The notes beneath the pieces are model-generated. The model ran no database searches. It was given only the letters and a program-made list of their open reading frames with translations, and was not told where the DNA came from. Made by a program: the position numbers and the translations under genes. From Zygnema circumcarinatum SAG 698-1b (Eukaryota; Plantae; Zygnematophyceae), in contig CM074809.1 in assembly GCA_037447605.1 (NCBI GenBank), forward strand, positions 858,689 to 922,688: 64,000 nt of DNA. The letters are read 5' to 3'. Each line of letters opens with the position of its first letter. Positions within the stretch are counted from its first letter, which is position 1. Shown here in pieces: positions 59,871 through 64,000 of the stretch.

Positions 59871-60177
59871 CTCCGCAGCCCCTGGTCGGGGGGAGCGGGA
59901 AGCAGCTTTCCCCCGAGGCGCGCAGCCCCTCCGACGGCAGCTGATGCACTCCGAATTGCGCAGCCCACGGGGCTCGACCGCGACCTCTCCGTCTGCGAGT
60001 GCGAGTGCGAGCGCGAATGCGAACTCCGTCCCGAGCCTGCAGGCGGCGATTGGGGCTCCTGCATACTTCGCGGTGGAAGTAGAGTCCTTTATAGTTGGAT
60101 CTGGGAAGAGGGGGACGGGGAAAGCGGCGGTTGCAGGGCTGAATTCTTCATTAGGAAGGATGCTGAGTTCAAAAAAC

Positions 60178-62803
60178 ATGGCGGAGGACTTGAATTCTGT
60201 AGGAAGTAATGGCGGTGCTGGACGTCTTGGAGATAGGGAGCATCTTCTTGACTGCGAAGATCCTGTGAAGGTGTCTGTGGGGGCGTCGCAGTCCGCCTAT
60301 CGCAGAGGGGAGGATGTGAGTTCCGTATGCTGGAGCACTTGTAGTTTTTGCAAATGCAATCTCTTCAATGTTTGGAAAGTGTTTATCTTGTGCTGAAACT
60401 GCAGCGAATACCCAAACATTCGGCAGATAGTGGAAAATTGCATTGCGCAGCTTCATGTATGAGCAGGCATTTGGTCCATGCTAAGGTCTTATCGGAATCT
60501 TTTCATCTGATAGGGGAGCTGGGTCTGTGCCAAGAAGTAGTGGCCGGTAATTGCTATCTCCAGAGACAGCAGAGCACGCTTCCTTGGGACTTAACGTTTC
60601 CAATTTTAGGATTTTCCGAGCGTGCTTAGGTTTTTCTTGCGACTTCGTTACCCTTGTGCCTCATATCATGCTGCCTCCCTCCAGTCATAGGACAGAACCT
60701 CACGCCTATTCCCTCAAAAAACTCGTTTGCAGAAGTGATTTGACTGCTGGTCAATTCCGGCTACTGCTGAGGGATGTGAATTAGGGCCTAACCGTTTTCA
60801 CAAGAGTGATGCTCACTTCTGGCTCTTTGATTCTCTGCAGGCTTTCTATGCTGTTATCCAAAGTTGGGCTTCCAAGAAGTTTATGAGCGGATGGCAAGTT
60901 CCGACTTTTCCCTTCTCCTACGTCTGCAGTTTTTGCGGACTTTTAAACAATAAAAATAAAAATTTCAAGGCAAGGAAGTACCTGATTGCTTTGCATTAAT
61001 CTCAGAAGCTTGTTTGCTGCTTTGAGACTTTGTAAAGATTATGATTGCATGCTCGTGGCAAGAAAGACATGACAGCTATACCTTGGCCGCCACGCTCCTG
61101 TTCATCAATAAGATGCGTCAAGGCTTATTTTGAGTCGTTATTATGTGACTTCTTGCAGTGTCATCCTATTCCCAATTGCCGTCACGTTCTATGTTACCTG
61201 GTGGTTCATTATGTTCTTTGATGGATTCTTCTCTCCACTCTACCAGCAAATGTTTGGAATTGACGTAATAGGTATGTTGCAGCCCTATTGCTTGCTTTTT
61301 TACTTTTTGCTTTTTGGTCCATTTATGTAAATAATTCGTGGGCCGCGGAGCTGGGTAGAGGGCACGAGTGGACATAGAAGGTATCGTTATGAAGGGGTAG
61401 TGAAGGATAGAGATGCTTCCTTTCCTACTTCAAATTCACTCTCCTAAAATGCACTTGTAGTTTTGTTTGGTAATGGTTAACAAGGTTAGGTAACGGTTAG
61501 GTTCTTTCAGAAGTAAGATTTGAGTAAGGGCTTTTATTCTCATGAAAGTCGAGCAACTTATGGCTGATTTGATGGGTATTTGCTATTCGACTGTGCTTGC
61601 AGGTCTTGGGTTCGTCACATCGTTCATTTTCATCTTTCTTGTGGGGGTCTTCGTATCATCATGGGTTGGCGCAAGCTTTCTATGGCTCGGTGAATGGTTT
61701 ATCAAACGACTGCCACTCATAAAGCACATTTATTCGGCATCGAAGCAGATCAGCTCGGCTATTTCACCAGGTAGCCTTGACATATATGTTGAAAAGGCAA
61801 TGCTTAGGATATTAGGCATCGCATTATGGCAAAGATTACGCATGTATGGATTCAATCTCATGCGAAGAGGGAGAGAGAGTGGGGGGGGGGAAAGAAAAAA
61901 CAAAGACATCGTGATCATCATCATCATCTCATCTTTCTTTTTTAGGGCAATGGAACATCTGAAGCTTGCTTTTATACGCTGTCCTGCGAGAGGACTTCTT
62001 ATTCCTTAAGGATTGGTTTGAACGCATTTGGCAGATCAAAATTCGCAGGCGTTCAAAGAAGTTGCTATTATCCGCCATCCTCGTGTGGGAGAGTATGCGT
62101 TCGGCTTCATCACATCCTCCCTCTTGCTGCAGGTAAAGTCTCACTGCCACTTCTGTCAGCGATGACTTCGACTGGAGAGAGTGCTTGTGACCTATTTCCT
62201 TCACCTGTTGTGTGGCCTACTGCTCAGACATTTCGTCCTGCTGGCGTACAGAAACAGCTGAATGTATAGGAGTTGGTACGGAATTGGCCGTGCTCGTAGA
62301 ATTTCACATGAGGCACGCTATAGGCTGGCACAGACTTGCTAACATTCTGTCTTGTGGCAGCTTGAGTCTGGGGATGAGGAGGAACTCTGCAGCGTGTATG
62401 TTCCGACGAACCATCTGTACATCGGTGACATCTTCCTTGTATCCAATAAAGAGATAATTCGCCCAAATCTTTCTGTTCGGGAGGGAATAGGTATGTCGAA
62501 CTACCTGACTTCCGCTTCTGGATATCGTGGGGTCCTGTGCAGTCAGACTGTAGAGTGCACATAAGCTTAAAAATTTGTGCTAGCCTCACTCACTTGCGTC
62601 AAAAGCTGCGCCCTTATTGCCCGCCCTAAACATCAAACACTCTTTGGACTCTCGAAACTCTCCCAGTTCTGATTGCACTTAACACCTAGTGGAAGTTGTA
62701 GCAACACATTCTCAAATGGCGATGGATGTTTTTGTGTGCAGAAATTGTCGTGTCCGGAGGCATGTCTATGCCGTCTGTGTTAAGACCTGCGGGAAGAGGT
62801 TAA
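60178..62803 (+). CDS. COV1: COV1/LCV family (DUF502) membrane protein
   Basis: Exons 60178-60315, 60841-60893, 61159-61271, 61603-61770, 62035-62132, 62361-62490, 62742-62803. SWASKKFMSGCVILFPIAVTFYVTWWF, AFKEVAIIRHPRVGEYAFGFITS, VYVPTNHLYIGDIFL, PNLSVREGIEIVVSGGMSMP. Possible alternative last exon 63298-63347. Confidence 0.93.
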
Positions 62804-64000
62804 TGGTCTTCTCGGATGCTCCCTATTTCGGCCTCACATGGAGCCATCAAGTCCTTGTGGAGCCGTCTCCTGCTGGAGGCCGGCCGGGCATGGAACAAGC
62901 CCCTTGTTCTTTTCCATAATAAGGACTTGAGGGGCGGCCCCTCGCGATCGACTGAAGGAATAAGAGCGTCTGTAAATTTTCAAGACTTTTTCCGCGGCAA
63001 AAGCTAAGACCCTGCCCTGACAGCAGCGATGTGGGTCTGCAATGTGGAAAATCTAGTCATTCAATGTGGAATTTGTCAGGGGAGGTGGAAAGGGGAGAGG
63101 GTAAGGGAGAGGTGGGTACTTATATGGACAACATCGAATGTCTAGAGATGAGATATTCCCTTCTAGTGGTGCTCAAAAGAGGAAGCACTGGGTTTCCCTC
63201 CCTTTAGGCTCTAGCAGGCACGCGCGCTGTATACTCAAGTGTATGACTAAGAAGAAAATCGTACATTTTCTGCCCTCGCCTTCACTTTTTTTTTCAGGAA
63301 TTGTCGGTTCTCCATTTGCTATTGCTCAAAAGTCCTATCAGATTTGAAGATTTTGTAATGCTGTACCCTAATGCTCTCCTAGTTGCAGTGAACCGTGAAA
63401 GTTTCACCTGCTTGGAATTCCAGCAAATGCAGAGTACCGACTAATAGGGGGCCATTCAATTCCATAAAGCGCTGTTCAATGTGACCAAAAAACAATGACT
63501 AGTATTTAAGTTCTGCACAACGGACATCCGATTCCACCCAGAATCAGCATTTTCACCACCAGCTTACTGTGTTCAAGATTGAACCCACTCAATCGCCGAT
63601 TCTACGTGGACCAAGTTCAACCCGAAAAGTTCGAAATGAGGCGCAAAATTTTCATTACGAAAAAGGAATAGTACACAAGCCAGCCTAGCAGTAGACCTCG
63701 TTCTCAAATCAAGTAAATACACTTGTGGAGTTCCCGCGAGCCACTACGGCATAGAGCTTCACGACTGCCTACCTGAATGTGACACATATTCTTGAGAGAG
63801 GGAGGAGGAGAAAGAGAAAGAGGAGGGAGGGACGTGCTATGTACACAATTCTTCGAAAGCACGAAGGCTTGTTCTCTCACAGAAGCCGAGCCCACTGCCC
63901 GCCACAGAGAGGGCAGGCACCAGCCCACCAAGAAGGCCACCACTTCTCTTTCACTCCATGCGATGCGCCCACTTCACCTTCAGCTGCGGAGGCAGCGAGG

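Noticed and set aside
59514-60177. In-frame upstream extension of COV1 through the CT repeat
   Set aside because: The frame is open because of repeat composition. Homology to COV1 starts near ATG 60178.
63870-64000. Possible terminal exon of a minus-strand gene beyond the right edge (…GVKEKWWPSWWAGACPLCGGQWARLL*)
   Set aside because: Too short and unanchored to call.

Overview
Eukaryotic, intron-rich, gene-dense window from a streptophyte plant lineage. The land-plant-like EMB2654, PUX, COV1 and GolS homologues, together with the LRR/EGF/papain/LysM protein, suggest a conjugating (zygnematophyte) green alga; this is inference, not established. Genes reconstructed by hand from splice sites and reading-frame phases, left to right: a plastid-type P-class PPR gene (EMB2654-like, minus strand, runs off the left edge); an orphan intronless ORF (+); a 22-exon minus-strand gene for a ~1074-aa secreted protein with the architecture signal peptide-LysM-Pro-rich-LRRNT-LRRx6/7-EGF-papain(C1A)-EGF-EGF-LysMx4, which is the most unusual item here; a small plant-conserved membrane protein (-); a PUX8/9/13-type UBX protein (+); a Cys-rich plant membrane protein (-); REV3 (DNA polymerase zeta, +) containing a U12-type intron; a galactinol-synthase-like GT8 (-); a second orphan ORF (+); ribosomal protein P1 (+); and a COV1/LCV (DUF502) gene (+) with a GC-AG intron. 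Non-coding parts hold microsatellites, two related Mutator-like long-TIR elements, two hAT-type MITEs, and a nested transposon stack directly upstream of the LysM-LRR-protease gene. A 1.26-kb duplication flanking a 10-N gap is probably an assembly artefact. No rRNA, tRNA or CRISPR features were seen.
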